Assembly: GCF_009914755.1 (NCBI RefSeq)
Contig: NC_060942.1
Length of the DNA stretch: 64,000 bases
Origin: the human T2T-CHM13v2.0 reference genome, Homo sapiens
Direction: 5' to 3' (one strand)
Under the pieces are notes generated by a model. That model saw nothing but the letters and a program-made list of their open reading frames with translations. It made no database searches and was not told where the DNA came from. The position numbers and the translations under genes are program-made. The stretch's first letter is position 1; every line of letters starts with the position of its first letter. Shown here one piece after another: positions 1 to 14,669 of the stretch.

Positions 1-1628
1 CCAGCCCCCCTCCTCCTGACAATCCCCAGTGTGTGATGTTCCCCTCCCTGTGTCCATGTGTTGTCATTGTTCAACTTCCACTTATGAGTGAGAACATTTG
101 GTATTTGATTTTCTGTTTCTGTGTTAGTTTGCTGAGAATGATGCTTTCCAGCTTCATCCATGTCCTGCAAAGAACATGAACTCACCCTTTTTACGGTTGC
201 ATAGTATTCCATGGTGTATATGTGCCACATTTTCTTTATCCAGTCTAGCATTCATGGACATTTAGATTGGTTCCAAGTCTTTGCTATTGTGAACAGTGTC
301 ACAATAAACATATGTGTGTATGTGTCTTAAAGTAGAATGATTTATAATCCTTTGAATATATACCCAGTAATGGGATTGCTGGGTCAAATGGCATTTCTGG
401 TTCTAGATCCTTGAGGAATTGCCACACTGTCTTCCACAATGGTTGAACTAATTTACACTCCCAGCAACAGTGTAAAAGCATTCCTATTTCTCCACATCCT
501 CTCCATCATAGATTGTTTCCTGACTTTTTAATGATCACCATTCTAGCTGGCGTGAGACCGTATCTCATTGTGGTTTTGATTTGCATTTCTCTAATGACCA
601 GTGATGATGAGATTTTTTTCATATGTTTGTTGGCTACATAAATGTCTTCTTTTGAGAAGTGTCTCTTAATGTACTTTGTCCACTTTTTAATGGGGTCATA
701 CGTTTTTGTTTTTGTTTTTCTTGTAAATTTGTTTAAGTTCTTTGTCAATTCTGGATATTAGCCCTTTGTCAGATGGATAGATTGCAAAAATTTTCTCCCA
801 TTCTGTAGGTTGCCTGCTCACTCTGATGATAGTTTGTTTTGCTGTAAAGAAGCTCTTTAGTTTAATTAGATCCAATTTGTCAAGTTTGGCTTTTGTTGCC
901 ATTACTTTTTGTGTTTTAGTCATGAAGTCTTTGCCCATGCCTATGTCCTGAGTGATATTGCCTAGGTTTTCTTTTGGGGTTTTTATGGTATTAGGTCTTG
1001 CATTTAAGTCTTTAGTCCATCTCGAGTTAATTTTTATATAAGGTATAATGAAGGGGTCCAGTTTCAGTTTTCTGCATATGGCTAGCCAGTTTTCCCAGCA
1101 CCGTTTATTAAATAGGGAATCCTTTCCCCATTGCTTGTGTGTGTCAGGTTTGTCAAAGATGATACGGTTGTAGATGTGTGTTGTTATTTCTGAGGTCTCT
1201 GTTCTGTTCCATTTGTCTATATATCTGTGTTGGTACCAGTACCTTGCTGTTTTGGTTACTGTAGGCTTGTAGTATAGTTTGAAGTTAGGTAGCATGATGC
1301 CTCCAGCTTTGTTCTTTTTGCTTAGGATTGTCTTGGTTATGTAGGCTCTTTTTTGGTTCCACATGAAATTTAAAGTAGTTTTTTTTCTAATTCTATTAAG
1401 AAAGTCAATGGTAGCTTGATGGGGATAGCATTGAATCTGTAAATTACTTTGGGCAGTATGGTCATTTTCATGATATTGATTCTTCCTATCCATGAGCATG
1501 GAATGTTTTTCCATTTGTGTGTGTCCTCTCTTACTTCCTTGAGCAGTGGTTTGTAGTTCTCCTTGAAGAGGTCCTTCACATCCCTTGTAAGTTGGATTCC
1601 TAGGTATTTTATTCTCTTTGTAGCAATT
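1..1628 (-). mobile_element. LINE-1 (L1PA, mid-age, about PA7-PA8), 5'-truncated; ORF2 C-terminal part and 3'UTR, continuing past the window start
   Basis: Minus-strand ORFs 696-1634, 1370-1579, 506-748 and 299-481 translate to frameshifted L1 ORF2 ([44 protein letters not shown]). The 3'UTR lies at the window start. Confidence 0.95.
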
Positions 1629-1639
1629 ATACAATTGCT

Positions 1640-2200
1640 GGCAAAACTATTCTCCTATTCTGTAGGTTGCCTGTTTACTCTGTTAATAGTTTCTTTTGCT
1701 GTACAGAAGCTCTTTAGTTTAAATAGATACCATTTGTCAATTTTTGCTTTTGTTGCAATTGCTTTTGGTGACTTTGTCATAAAATTTTGCCTGTTCATAG
1801 GTCCAGGATGGTTTTGCTTAGGTTGTCTTCCAGGGGTTGTTATTGTTTTGGGTTTTACATTTAAGCTTTTAATCCTCCTTAATTTTTGTATGTAGTGTAA
1901 GCAAGGGGTCCAGTTTTTAATCATCTGCATATGGCTAGCCAGTTATCCCAGCACCATGCATTGAATAGGGAATAATTTCCACATTGCTTGTTTTTGTCAG
2001 GTTTGTCAAAGATCCAGTAGCTGTAGGTGTGCAGTCTTATTTCTGGGTTCTCTATTCTATTCCATTGGTCTATGTGTTTGCTTTTGTACCAGTACCATTC
2101 TGTTTTGTTTACTGTAGCCCTGAAACGTAATTTGAAGCTGAGTAGCATGATGTCTCCAGCTTTGTTCATTTGCTTAGAATTGCTTTGGTTATTTGGGCAA
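1640..2200 (-). mobile_element. Older LINE-1 ORF2 fragment (L1PA13-16/L1PB-like) abutting the younger L1
   Basis: ORFs 1655-1930 and 1921-2169 repeat the same ORF2 region ([35 protein letters not shown]) at higher divergence, so this is a separate copy. Confidence 0.9.
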
Positions 2201-2732
2201 TAGAATACAAAGTTTAAAAATTATAAACCAAATGATAGAAAGAATAAAAACAAACTTTTCTCTGATTTTATACAATATGTATTTCCTTAATTAGAAGACA
2301 AAATAAGAGTTGTCATTTTTGTATATCTAAAAGACTGAATAACATATTTGTAGTATTATTATTGTTAGAATACTGTTCTTTGCATATTAAAATTATTGTA
2401 AAAAATGCTTCCTAAAAACTTCAGGGATACCTATTTAATCTCATCTGAAAATGGCTATTTAGTGGACAATTTGTTTTGTCTGAAAAATATGTCACAATTG
2501 GAATATAAAATAATGGACAGCAAAATAGATATTGATTTGAATGGTATAGGCCAAAAAAGCTTTCCTGAATTTGCTTTATACAACTTATTGCTTACTAATA
2601 GCATATCGTAAGTGTTAGAAAGGTTCATAACATTAAATCTAAAATAAATCAAAATATTTTAAAGTAAATCTGGGAAATTATTTTACCCTTAAATACTTCA
2701 GTTTCAGGCTAGCACCCCAACTAAAAAGTTCT

Positions 2733-3056
<324 letters not shown>

Positions 3057-3077
3057 TAAAAAGTATTTTTTTTCCGC

Positions 3078-3205
3078 TTTTTTTAAATTTTATTTTATTA
3101 TTATTATTATACTTGAAGTTTTAGGGTACATGTGCACAATGTGTAGGTTAGTTACATATGTATACATGTGCCATGCTGGTGTGCTGCACCCATTAACTCG
3201 TCATT
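3078..3205 (-). mobile_element. Very short 3' end of a young L1PA (about PA2-PA3)
   Basis: TTATTATACTTGAAGTTTTAGGGTACATGTGCACAATGTG...CCCATTAACTCGTCATT is the reverse complement of the L1PA terminal ~100 bp, with an A-rich tail. Confidence 0.9.
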
Positions 3206-5172
3206 ATTTTTTAAGAGTCAGTTTAAATATAGCAGATGTACTGGAGAAGAAGCATATCTAAATTTACATGATTTATGACAAACTGATAAAGAAAGAAGAT
3301 ATTTATCATGCCTTTCTGATGGAGAATGCTAGTTTTAAAACTCTTCAATTTATATAAGGAAAAAAATTTGTTAGATTATTAAAGAAGCAATTCATAAATG
3401 ATGTGTAATTTCCCAAAACAGTATTACATTATCGATGTATACGAACTTAAATCTTTAGTCACTTTGAAATAATAATTGATTATTAAATTTCAGTTTGAGA
3501 AAATATCATTGGCACACAAATCATTGACTAACATTAGCTTCTGTTAAATAAAATGTTCACAGTTTCATGCATAATTCATAAGCTAAAATCAATATACAAG
3601 TTGGTTACAAGTACACTAGTGTTCAGGTTAGGATAATATCTTTTTTTTTTTTTTAATTTGTGAGAATTCAGCAGGTTTAGCACTTTCTGGTATATTTCTG
3701 AAATGTATCCTATGTATCTAATAAATAAAATTTTTCCTTAATGATTTTTCAAACACCAAAATTACCTTCCCCAAGAATTCCTCCTTATAAAACTGCTCTT
3801 AACTCAAGGTCTTCAGGAAGCTTGAGCACCGCATGCCCTAAATATATTTTAAAACCTATTTCCCCAGTATTTTATTTCTTCAGTGCCCGAATGGCTCTGT
3901 ACATAATATGAAGAATAAAACTAATATTGCTGAAAATGCACCCAGATAACTCATATCTAATTCAAATGAAACTTTCTGAAAGTCATATTTATTTTTCTTA
4001 AATGATTACAGATTTAATGGAAATTTAGGCCTGAGAAGCTATCCAGGAAACCTAACTTTAGGTAGCTTTGATTTTAGGTTGCTGTACAAACCCTAACCCC
4101 TTTGGTGTTTATTTCTGTCCTTAGGACCAGTCCTACCTAGAACATGGCAGTCTTATGCTACTATGTGTGTCATCTGTGACATATATATGCACACTGCTTT
4201 GAAAACCATAGTCAGGAGAAACAGTCAATGGGCAAACCTCTTCTTAAAAATACTTTTATTTATTTATTATCCAACAAATCTGGGTGAGCTGCATTCTTAT
4301 CTACTTAATCAATAGACATTAGATTTGTTAATAGATTGTGGGAGCTGTGCAAGTATTTTAAGCACAGCTAGGATACATTTTATGATTCACTTCAGTTTTT
4401 TTGTGCTTCACATAGTAATCACATATCCTAACTAAAGTCACAAAAATATCTCTCTAAATGCTTTCCTTAATCATCTCTTACATTCCAGCTTTACTAGTAT
4501 GAATCTATGTATAATTTAAAAAATACCTAAAGCAACGTATAATATTTAGCCTTTGTTTTTACAAATAATTTCATTGATAAACTTAGTTGTGGTTGTTCAT
4601 AACCATCCAATCTGTGAGTTTTGATGAATTGTTAATGCAAAATGGGGGCGACATTAAACAGAGACGATACAAAGGACCTGCATAGCCTAGAGCTCATCCG
4701 TCTCCATCCAGAGTACCCCAAAGGTCCCATATGCTTCTGGCAGTCTCCTAACATTTGCAGATGTGCTAAGGGACAGTGAGAAATTGGTGAAGTCCTGGGT
4801 AAAAGCTGTGGCCAAATTATCTGAAAATATGTTGATATTTGAACAAATTAATATTGGTTTCATTGGCAAAAACCTGAAATGCTCTATTGGAACTTGCGAC
4901 ATTTCAACTCTGCTCCTTATTTATTTCTGACTCTTACCTTGCAGATACAAAACGATTCTTATTACCTGCATTTAATTTTATATTTTTATATTTTATTTTA
5001 TTTTAATTAAACTTTGCAAATAAGGTCAAAATCCAATATATTTTGAAGCAAAATTTTGGGCTAAATTCTGATTAAATATTAATATTCCAATTTGGCACTA
5101 AAAATGAAAGAAACAGAATCAAGCAAGTGTAATACGATTTGGACAGAAATCTTGAGAGAACAGGAACAATGT

Positions 5173-5957
5173 TGAAACTGGAAGAGTTCCCTTATCCCCC
5201 TCACAGGGTGTGCAACAGGGATGTGGCTCACTTTTTCAGTGCCCTGCTGCTCAAACTCCTAAGGGGAACATGCGGACAGGCAGGTCTTCAGGAGCATTTT
5301 TGGGCTCGGATCCCAAGGCAGCCTCCAGGGTTGAGAGTTTACAGCTCCTGAAGCCCCAGTGGGCGTGTGTTACAGTGTGCTCTTTCAGTTTTGCCCTCTG
5401 CAGGCGGCTTGTGTTAATCAGCTCAACTACTATACCCTCTGCCTTATCGCAAGGACAGAGGGCTTTCTGTATCCTAGGTTCTTGCCTTATTTTACTGGAA
5501 AAATCAGATCACACGTGGGCTTGGAGGACAGGTGCAAGGTTTCATTGAGTGGTGGAAGTTGCTCTCAGCGAGTTGGATGGGGAGCCAGAAGGGGGATGGA
5601 GTGGAAAGGTGGCCTTCCCCTGACTCCGGCTGCCCCGTTGCCAGACTCTCCTCAGACCGCCCCCAACAAAATTCCACGTCTTCTCACCATAGATGGCCTA
5701 CTGGCATCTGTCGGTGTGCCCTTCTCTCCTTTCGACGTCCAGCTGCTTGTGTGTGTGCCCGCTAGGGCCTCGAGGTTTCTATGGGCACAGGATGGGGGTT
5801 GTGGCGAGCCAGATTGGTCTTGGCAAATGTAATATTTGGGCACAAAAACAGAAGTGCCTGTCCTCACTTACGTCGTGGGCACAGGCCAGAGGGTGGAGCT
5901 CTCACTAGGGACCCCGCCCTTCTCTACCCAACACTTCCTTGCCCCCCTCCCATATCA
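5173..5957 (-). mobile_element. Solo ERV1 LTR, LTR1-family-like (785 bp)
   Basis: TG...CA termini and a perfect 4-bp TSD ATGT (5169-5172 and 5958-5961). GC-rich; the minus-strand start TGATATGGGAGGGGGGCAAGGAAGTG resembles the LTR1/LTR27/MER52 group. Confidence 0.85.
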
Positions 5958-6349
5958 ATGTAAAAAACCATGCAAAAAAATATGTTGAGAATGAACTGAA
6001 TTTTGTTGGTGTCATGTTTTAGATATATTATACTATTCTGACGTGAACATTTTTTCTATAGGTATCGCTCATCTTTCCTTTCATAAAATAAACATTTCAA
6101 AACACGTTTAATATATTTACATACCCAGATATGTGTTTTGTTGAGGATTGATGTCTTTCTTCATAATTTTATAACCTTGTTGTTCTCCTCACCACTGTAA
6201 TTCACTTACTATCATCCAATTTAGAAGTCATCAGAGTAGCATGAGTTCTTAAGAACCAAGTGTTAAAGGAGCATGAGAATAGGAATAAAAGTGAATTCAG
6301 AAAATAGGAGAAACTTAGAGCAGTTATAGAAAATACCATATGTCTAGAA

Positions 6350-6810
6350 AAGATTTTCAGCTGCTACTTTTTGGGGGCATATGTCTATGGTCTGTATTAT
6401 ATTCAATGTTGTACCTACGTATAAATATATTTTTATTTATCCTAGTAAGGGTTTGTAGATCTTTACGAATCTGTAAGTTGATATCTTTCATGAGTTTTTA
6501 CAAATTTTTAGTCCCTGTATCTACAAAGAATACTTCCATTATTTTCCTCCTCTTCTTTCTCTATCTGAAAACCCAATTACACATATATTATACCTTTTCA
6601 ATAGTAGTCTCGCCCGTGTCATCAATACAATAATCTTCACTGAGTTGCAGACTCACATTACAGCATAAGCAACAGGCCCTCACTGAAATAAATACCACAG
6701 GGTTTCTTCCAGCAGGAAGAAAATAATTCCAGATACAAGCTGGGAGATGAGAAAGGAATAAAGAGCTATGGCAGAGGCAAAATATGTGGGTAAATATAAA
6801 TATGTATTGA
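6350..6810. mobile_element. Highly degraded L1M (ORF1-region) fragments
   Basis: Weak resemblance to old mammalian L1 ORF1 sequence, apparently in both orientations. Confidence 0.35.
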
Positions 6811-8669
6811 AGCTCCTTGTCCTACAAAAATCACTGGCAGAGTTTGCTCCAGACCTAGAAAGAAGGTATCATTATTCAGAGAAGATTTTGATTTGATGTT
6901 GCCTAGCGCTGAAGGTTCTAGAAATATGGTACCATTTTAAAATAAGTTATACCTTGAGGTTGAGTTAATTTTCTGTTGCTAATTTGTTGCAATTGTCAAG
7001 ATACGAAAATAGGCTTATTCTGCTTCTACAGCTATTTTTTACGAATTAACATACTATCCAATTTCAACATAACATAGGTTTAATCTCAGTTTTTAAGAAT
7101 ACTGCCTTTTTATAGTCAGTGCCGGTTTCTTGCCATCAGTTAATTCCAATATTAAAAATTCTGAAATAAACAAAAGTATTCCCAATATTTAATCTATATA
7201 CATTTTTTCACAAAGGGAATATTTCACAATATTTTGTTCAAAATAAAAGATATTAATACTTAACTCTTCTTTTCTGGATTCAAGGTTTCACATTCTATAA
7301 ATGGTACTGTCAATCATAAATGACCATGTGATTTCAAGAGAATCAGGAAGTGCAATTAGAATGATGAGTGTAATTCTGTTATGTGGTAGATATGATTTTC
7401 ACATTTTCACCAACATATAAAATATAAAAATAGAAATTGAATCCATGCAAAATGTGACTATAAAATTTAGATTACTAATATCCACCATGATTAGATATTT
7501 TTTAAAGACTATATCATAAAGAGAAAACAAATCACACAATATACAAAATTTTCAACAAGGAAACAATTAAAAAGGAGCCGATCTCACAGAAAAGATGAGG
7601 CTCATAAAAATCATAACAATTTTAAGGCTTTTTAAATGTTGTATCAAATATCCCATTTTGAAAATATCTGTGTCATACTATGTACATTATACATTGGAAT
7701 ACATAGAGTTACAGTTTATCATATTGTAAGACAATTCTTATTAAGGCATTGAATGTATTGAACAGAAAGCTAAACCCCTTTAGTTAGAGGGTTTTGTAAC
7801 TGATACAGAGGAGGCCTTATTTGAATTAATTTTTTTTCTACCTATTCAGTATGTTTCAGCCTCCCTATAGTCTCTTTCACGTTTGTTCAATTCACATAAC
7901 TGGGGCTCTACCTTACTTTTCAAGTTGTTGTGTTTCAGTTGCTTCACTGAATACTTAACATGTCAAATATTACATATACACAGAAAACATAATTATATAT
8001 AATTACATATATTACATATATGTGCATATACATATAAAATTGTATATCATATTACACATATACACATAACTTCTGAAAACTGCCCACTTAGCCACAGCCT
8101 TGTCAACCTACTTTTGAACAGTCACTCTGCCTGATGATTTGATACTGTAACTTTTATCGTTTACTGTTTTATCAAAATTAATGGGCCCATCAGATGTATT
8201 TTATGTCCTGCATCTGATTTGAATATTATTACTTTGCAGAGACTTCTGCACAATTCCAGCTACTATATCTGAAATTATGGGATGACACTGTTCACAGTAA
8301 AAGCTAGCACCCCTCAGATATTGGAACTTAGACTATTTGTCAATAAGCTGTCCAGAGAATTGATGCTATAGCTGGGGCAGTTAGTTTAGCCCTGATTAAG
8401 TTCCTGTATCCTCTATCATTACTGACATCCTAGGATGCCTCCCGATGAAGCCCATATGCATAATGTCATGTGATAAGTGATTACATCAACCCTACTATAT
8501 TATAGATTTTTTTGATAATCAATGAAATCGTTTATTTGAGTGAGTTGTATAAGCTGGGAGAACACAATAAAAATGTCAGTTATTTATAAAATCTCTCCAA
8601 CAAGTATTTATATCTTTATATCAAAATGAATACAATTCTTATTCTGCTTTTTAATGACATTCTTCAGTG

Positions 8670-10140
8670 GAAAATGTGGCATAACATTACCTGACTTCAG
8701 ACTACACTCTAAAGCAATAGTAACCAAAACAGCATGATACAGGTACAAAAACAGACACACAGGCCAATAGTACAGAACAGAGAACCCAGAAATAATACCA
8801 TACACCTATAATCATTGCATCTCTGATGAAGCTGACAAAACTAAGCAATAAGAAAAGGATTCCCTATTCAATATGGTGTTGGAAAAGCTGACTAGCCATG
8901 TGCAGAAGAATGAAACTGGGCCCCTTTCTTTCACCACATACACAATTTAACTCAAGGTGATTAAAGATTTAAATGAAAGACTTCAACCTATAAAAATCTC
9001 ATAGGAAAACCTAGGAAATATAATTTTTACCATCAGCACTGGCAAAGAATTCATGACTAAGTCGTTAAAAGCAAATACAACAAAAACAAAAGTTGATAAG
9101 TGATACATAATTAAACCAATGAGCTTCTGCACAGCAAAAGAAATTATCAACAGAGTAAACAGACAACATACAGAATGGGAGGAAATAGCAAATTATATAT
9201 ATGACAAAACTCTAATATTCAAAATCAATAAGGAACTTAAACAATTCAGCAAGCAAAAAAACTAATAACCCCATTAAAAAGTAGGTAAATGACAAGAACA
9301 GATAAATTTCAAAGGAAGACATACAAATGGTCACCAAGCACAAGAAAAAACAATGCTCAACCTCACTAATCATCAGAGAAATGTAAATCAAAACCCCAAT
9401 GAGATATGATCTCATACCAGTCAGAATGGCTATTATTAAAATGTCAAAAAGTAACAGATGCTGGTGAGGATGCTGGAGCAAAGGAAATGCTTACATACTG
9501 TTGGTGGGAAAGTAAATTAGTTCAGCCACTGTGGAACACACTTTGAAGATTTTTTTAAAAATTTGAAATAGAACTACCATTTGACCCAGCAATCTCATTA
9601 CTGGGTACATACAAAAGAAAAATAAATAATTCTACCAACAAGACACATGTATTCATATGTTCATTGTAGTGCTATTTACAATAGCAACAACATGGAATCA
9701 ACCCAGGTGCCCATCAATGGTGGACTGAATTAAGAAAGTGTGGCACGTATACACCATGGAATACTACACAACCATAAAAATGAATGAAGTCATGTCCTTG
9801 CAGCAACATGGATGAAACTAGAGTAATCCTAAGTTAATTAATGCAGAAAGAGAAAACTAAATACAGCATGTTCTCACTTATAAGTGGGAGCTAAACATTG
9901 GGTACTCATAGATATAAAGGTGAGAAAAACAGACACTGGGAACTACTAGAGGAGGAAGAGAAGGAGGGGAGCCATGGCTGAAAACTACCTACTGGGTACT
10001 ATGCTTACTATCTGGGTAATAGGATCATCATTTGCCGTCCAAACTTTAGTATCACACAATGTATCCTTGCAACAAACCTGCACATGTACCCCGAATCTAA
10101 AATAAAAGCTAAAATTATTTTAAAAATAAAATAAAATTTT
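8670..10140 (+). mobile_element. LINE-1, L1PB4-like, 5'-truncated (ORF2 3' part, 3'UTR and A-rich tail)
   Basis: Begins with ORF2 GGCATAACATTACCTGACTTCAGACTAC and ends ...AACAAACCTGCACATGTACCCCGAATCTAAAATAAAAG followed by an A-rich tail. Confidence 0.9.
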
Positions 10141-12623
10141 TAAAATGCAATTTATCATTTTAAAAATAGAAAATTTTTATCCTGCAGATGAAGGAATAAT
10201 ACTACAGGAACGGTGTTAAAAACATTCGGGGCTAGCTTTGACATTGAAATTCACTAGAATGGGGAGCATGACATGATTACAGACCACAGCACCATGCCAG
10301 CCATAATGGACACTGCTGCTCTCAAGTGGAGTGGGCAAGACCATGTGGGTGAGTCAACGGAAGTGTTGAATTTCTTTCTCCAGATGGAATGTGATTTAAA
10401 TTGATTTTTTAATTATATAAAAGAGATCCCTTATTTGGATAAGCTCCAATTTATTTATGTGTATATGTATTTATTGTTTAAAGTTGACTGTGTATTGGTT
10501 TTTATGACTTTAAAACTTTACTAGATAATGTGAAAAGATGTGTAGTATTACTGAGTATGTCTTGCCTCAGCGTTGACTCCACTAACAAAGGTTGTCACAA
10601 CTGCAGGCAAGCATGCCTTATCTGGATCTGTCAAATTGCCAAAAAGTAAACATTGCACGGGAAATAGTCCAAAGATTCAAGCCAAAGCCACAAAAGCATG
10701 CTCAAAGGTTTCCAATCATTAGCCATCAAGTTCTTCATGAGTTCCTAAGTCATTATTAAACCTGAGGTTGAGGCAAACAAATTCTTTCTATCCCTGCTCT
10801 AAATAGAAATTCAGAACTCATGTTTCTCTCTGGAGGAACATCTCACTTTGACTGTGGCTAAGATACAGGCCAGGGTTAGGGGGACCATTGATAGTCTAGC
10901 AGAGATAAAACTGTATCTTACGGTGCCCCCAGTGACTTTTAAATCTTCTATTCTGTTAACTTAAATATATCACATATAATTTTACCTTAAGAAATTAAAC
11001 AGACCACTGAAAAAAAGCTTAATTTAGCAAACCTTGCCTATATTTAAAAAATAAAACTTTTATAAATGATGATGTGAGAAAGAGCCTGAAAAATTAATAC
11101 ATCCTTCTCCTACTTTGATACCAACATATTTCACCTGGTTCTTTAACATCTGTGAAAAGTAGCACATCAGAGAATTCTTCTCACCTGGAAGGTTCCCAAA
11201 TTATTGTATCTTTCTTCCCAACTCTTACACCGTTTTGGTTTTCTCACCTAATTGCACCCCAACTTTCACATCACCCCAAACATGATGAACATTTCTTTCC
11301 TTTCTGACTGAGGAGATGTTATTACCCACTGTCATCCAAAACCTTTATTTAGCAGGGGATGCCATATGGCATTTTCAACATTGTTCTTGATCTGCATAAT
11401 GCCATCGACCCTTTTGATTAAACATCAAACTGTGCAAGAAAAACTAGAGATGACTTGGCATGCCTGCTGAGTCTTATTGGATTTAAGCTGTGCTCACAGG
11501 ATTGAAAAAAAATCAAAAATCAGATCCAAATCTTACACACACAAGCACACATACTTTTAATCTTCAACTGGTAGAAATGAGAGAACATTTTGATGGGCAT
11601 GAAATTTTGTATTCTTTAGAGATAAAAACAAAACAATTACCAGATAAAATGTCTAGCATTTCTATAATAAAAACAGAAAATCTATGTTTTGTCTTAGAAT
11701 TTTTCACAGTAAGACTCGAATTAATGTGAATTTTGGGAATAAGGTACAAGATATTATGATTGATCAATGTGAATAGCTAGAGTAATGTTTCCTGCATCCA
11801 TCTTTTCTCTCCAATCAGGGAAACCAAATATGTGACCTGCACATGGCCAGTTCCTCTCAGCCTGTTCCCCATTCACTGCCTCTACCAGTCATGACAGATA
11901 GCACTAGTTAATGACAGCACCATTACTGCTATTAATAAATATATAATAAAGTCTTTCCCAGCACAGTTCTCCAGGTTCAGTGGCTTTTGCCTATCAACTA
12001 TAGTTGGGACATGAGACACAAATTATTTCGTATCTGTCTTGAATAACCCAGATAATCTCTGACATCAAAGGTAATACTCTCTCCCCAATTGTTTCCTTCT
12101 TTTTAGGAAATCAAATCCTACATCACAGGAATTGCTCCTTAATTAATTACCATACAGTTTATAGGATTTAATCCTATCATATTACATTTAAGAGAAAACA
12201 AATTGTTCCCATAATGCAATGTTTAAATTTATAGAAGTGGACATAAAGGCCTACAATGATTAAATTTCTTGTATGTTTTTTACCATTTAAGAATTCTGTG
12301 ATGCAACACAAACATCTGGACTCTAAAATCTGGCATTCTTTATTATTCTAAAGAACAGACAAAGTTTTCTATTTTGAATATTTAGGAAATGCTACCAGAG
12401 ACAAACTATTATTACTACTATCAACGCCTTTTTATTTAAAAGTTTAGAGTAGTAATTCAACACTTGAGCAGTTTCTATTGGTGAAGCACTCTACCCATCG
12501 TTTTACAAATAACTCAGATTTACACTTTTTAATGACAGGTGTCCATTCACATCCACTTTCTCTAATTCGAGTTGGTCTTCCCATTACACATTGCTTCCCT
12601 TCTGCATTCTTTAGTTGTTGTAC

Positions 12624-12898
12624 TTTTTTTTTGAAACGGAGTCTCACTCTGTCGCCCAGTCTGGAGTGCAGTGGCGTGATCTCGGCTCACTACAAGCTCC
12701 GTCTCCCGGGTTCACGCCATTCTCCTGCCTCAGCCTCCTGAGTAGCTGAGACTACAGGCGCCCACCACCACACCCGGCTAATTTTTTTGTATTTTTATTA
12801 GAGATGGGTTTTCACCATGTTAGCCAGGATGGTCTGGATCTCCTGACCTAGTTATCCGCCCGCCTCAGCCTCCCAAAGTGCTGGGATTACAGGCGTGA
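12624..12898 (-). mobile_element. AluY/AluSc-type element lacking ~18 bp of its 5' end
   Basis: Dimeric Alu sequence with a short poly-T. Approximate TSD TAGTT..TACTTT on both sides. Confidence 0.93.
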
Positions 12899-12906
12899 TA
12901 GTTCTA

Positions 12907-13240
12907 CTTTTTTAATTGAGGAAAAAATTACACACCTTAAAGTGTACAACTCACTGGCATGTAATGTATTTACAGTGTTGTGCAACAATCACCTCTATGT
13001 AGTTTTAAAACATTTTCACCTCCCAAAGGAATTATCATGCGCATTAAGTACTCGCTCTCCAAACTTCCTCCCTGACTCTGGCAACCACTAATTTGCTTTC
13101 TGTCTCTAAGGATTTCCCTGTTCTGGACACTTTATACAAATGGACTCATATAATATGCGACCTTTTGTGTCTCACTTTATTTACTTAGCATAATGTTTCG
13201 CAATTTTTCCAAGTTAAAGCACATATTAATATATTTCTGG
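12907..13240 (-). mobile_element. L1MB-like 3' end
   Basis: TTAAAGTGTACAACTCA...GGCAACCACTAATTTGCTTTCTGTCTCT...GGATTTCCCTGTTCTGGAC is typical of the L1MB 3'UTR reverse complement. Confidence 0.8.
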
Positions 13241-13324
13241 ATTCTCAATCTATTGCAGTAACCTATATGTTGATATATTCCTTAATCTATATATTCCTTA
13301 AATTTTAAAGTAACTTTTCTTCCA

Positions 13325-13351
13325 ACACACACACACACACACACACACACA
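13325..13351. repeat. (CA)n microsatellite
   Basis: About 13 perfect AC units. Confidence 0.95.
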
Positions 13352-14633
13352 ATGGAGCACAGTAAGATAAAGGAAGAAAAAAAGCATTTCTTTCATTTGC
13401 ACACGTTTTCTCAGATCCAGTATTCACTGCAGGAAAATGATGCCTTTTAGCCCCCACACCTACCTTCTGCATATTTAGGAGCACTTTTCGAAGCTTTGAC
13501 ATCCTCCCAGTTAGGTAAGAATTCCTAGCACAAGCCTCCGGTCACATTCTATCTTTATAGGACAAGTGCTCTTCGCACCAGGTTTCATTATTAGCGCTGT
13601 GGTATCAAGTACAGTTTCTTCCTTGCAGTTATCCCTAAAGAGTATCCTTTCCCAGTTCATGCACCATTAGTTTCTCTGCACAACTTGGTGACAATAGAAG
13701 AATGGAGAGAAAGCACTTTGAGTTCTTTCATGGAATGTCTTATGGCTCTCCCCTGCAAGTATTTATAAGTATATGCCAAGAACTAGCTCTCATGGCCACA
13801 GTTTTTCACCAAATCATATAAATTTGCTTCAAGCAATTTGTCAAAAATAGTCACCTGGGATGCGTTAATTGCATTTAGCCTTAATTGAGGATTCACCCAG
13901 AATCCTAAGATATCCCAAAATTTATACATGATATATTTAATGACAGCTTGTTGAGTCAGGTCCTGTAGTCAACGTTAGGAAACAGAAATAATAAACTAAC
14001 ATTTCACTTAAAAAGGTGTTCATCCGTGGTTTGATTTCACATGAGGCAATGTGGCTAGTTCTACAGAAAGATCTAAAATAAAAGTTTTAGTTCCAAAATA
14101 AAATATTAAATTCTGGATACTCAAAGTTCCTTGAAAGTAATTGGCGAATCACTCCACTAACCTTGGTAATTTGGGTGAACTTATGAGGATATAAAATAAA
14201 GAGGTCTCATCTTCCTAAAGTTGGTGAGGTTGCCTTTGGGACTGTGCACTAATGAAATGGTTGTAAGGGAGGGTAAAGTACTTTGGAGACTTTTTGCTAA
14301 AATTCTGCAATGCAAATGAATCTCTTTATAATGTATGTAAGCTAGCTGGAGATAGTAATAACCTCACACTCAATTTGACAGAGAGGTACTGGGATCTTAA
14401 GGAAAGATTCAGATGCTAGCCAAGGCGAGCATACTTGGCAAAAACGCAAGGAGGCAATTAATCATAACTGTGTCTCATAGATAATAAAAAGATAAACTCC
14501 ATTGGGATCTTACTGGTAACAAATAAAAGATGTGAGTTGAAGTGAGCTTTATGAATGTGAGTGTGTGTCTGTCAGATTATCTGAAATCTCCCTCCTAAGG
14601 GTTCCTTCTTTACATCAGCCATATAGTGTAAAA

Positions 14634-14669
14634 GTGTGTGTGTGTGTGTGTGTGTGTGTAGAGAGAGAG
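14634..14669. repeat. (TG)n(AG)n compound microsatellite
   Basis: Read directly from the sequence. Confidence 0.9.

Noticed and set aside
696-1634. 312-aa ORF
   Set aside because: Frameshifted L1 ORF2 remnant.
5139-5963. Cluster of overlapping ORFs of 60-157 aa
   Set aside because: They overlap a GC-rich solo LTR where stop codons are rarer, and show no recognisable protein motifs.
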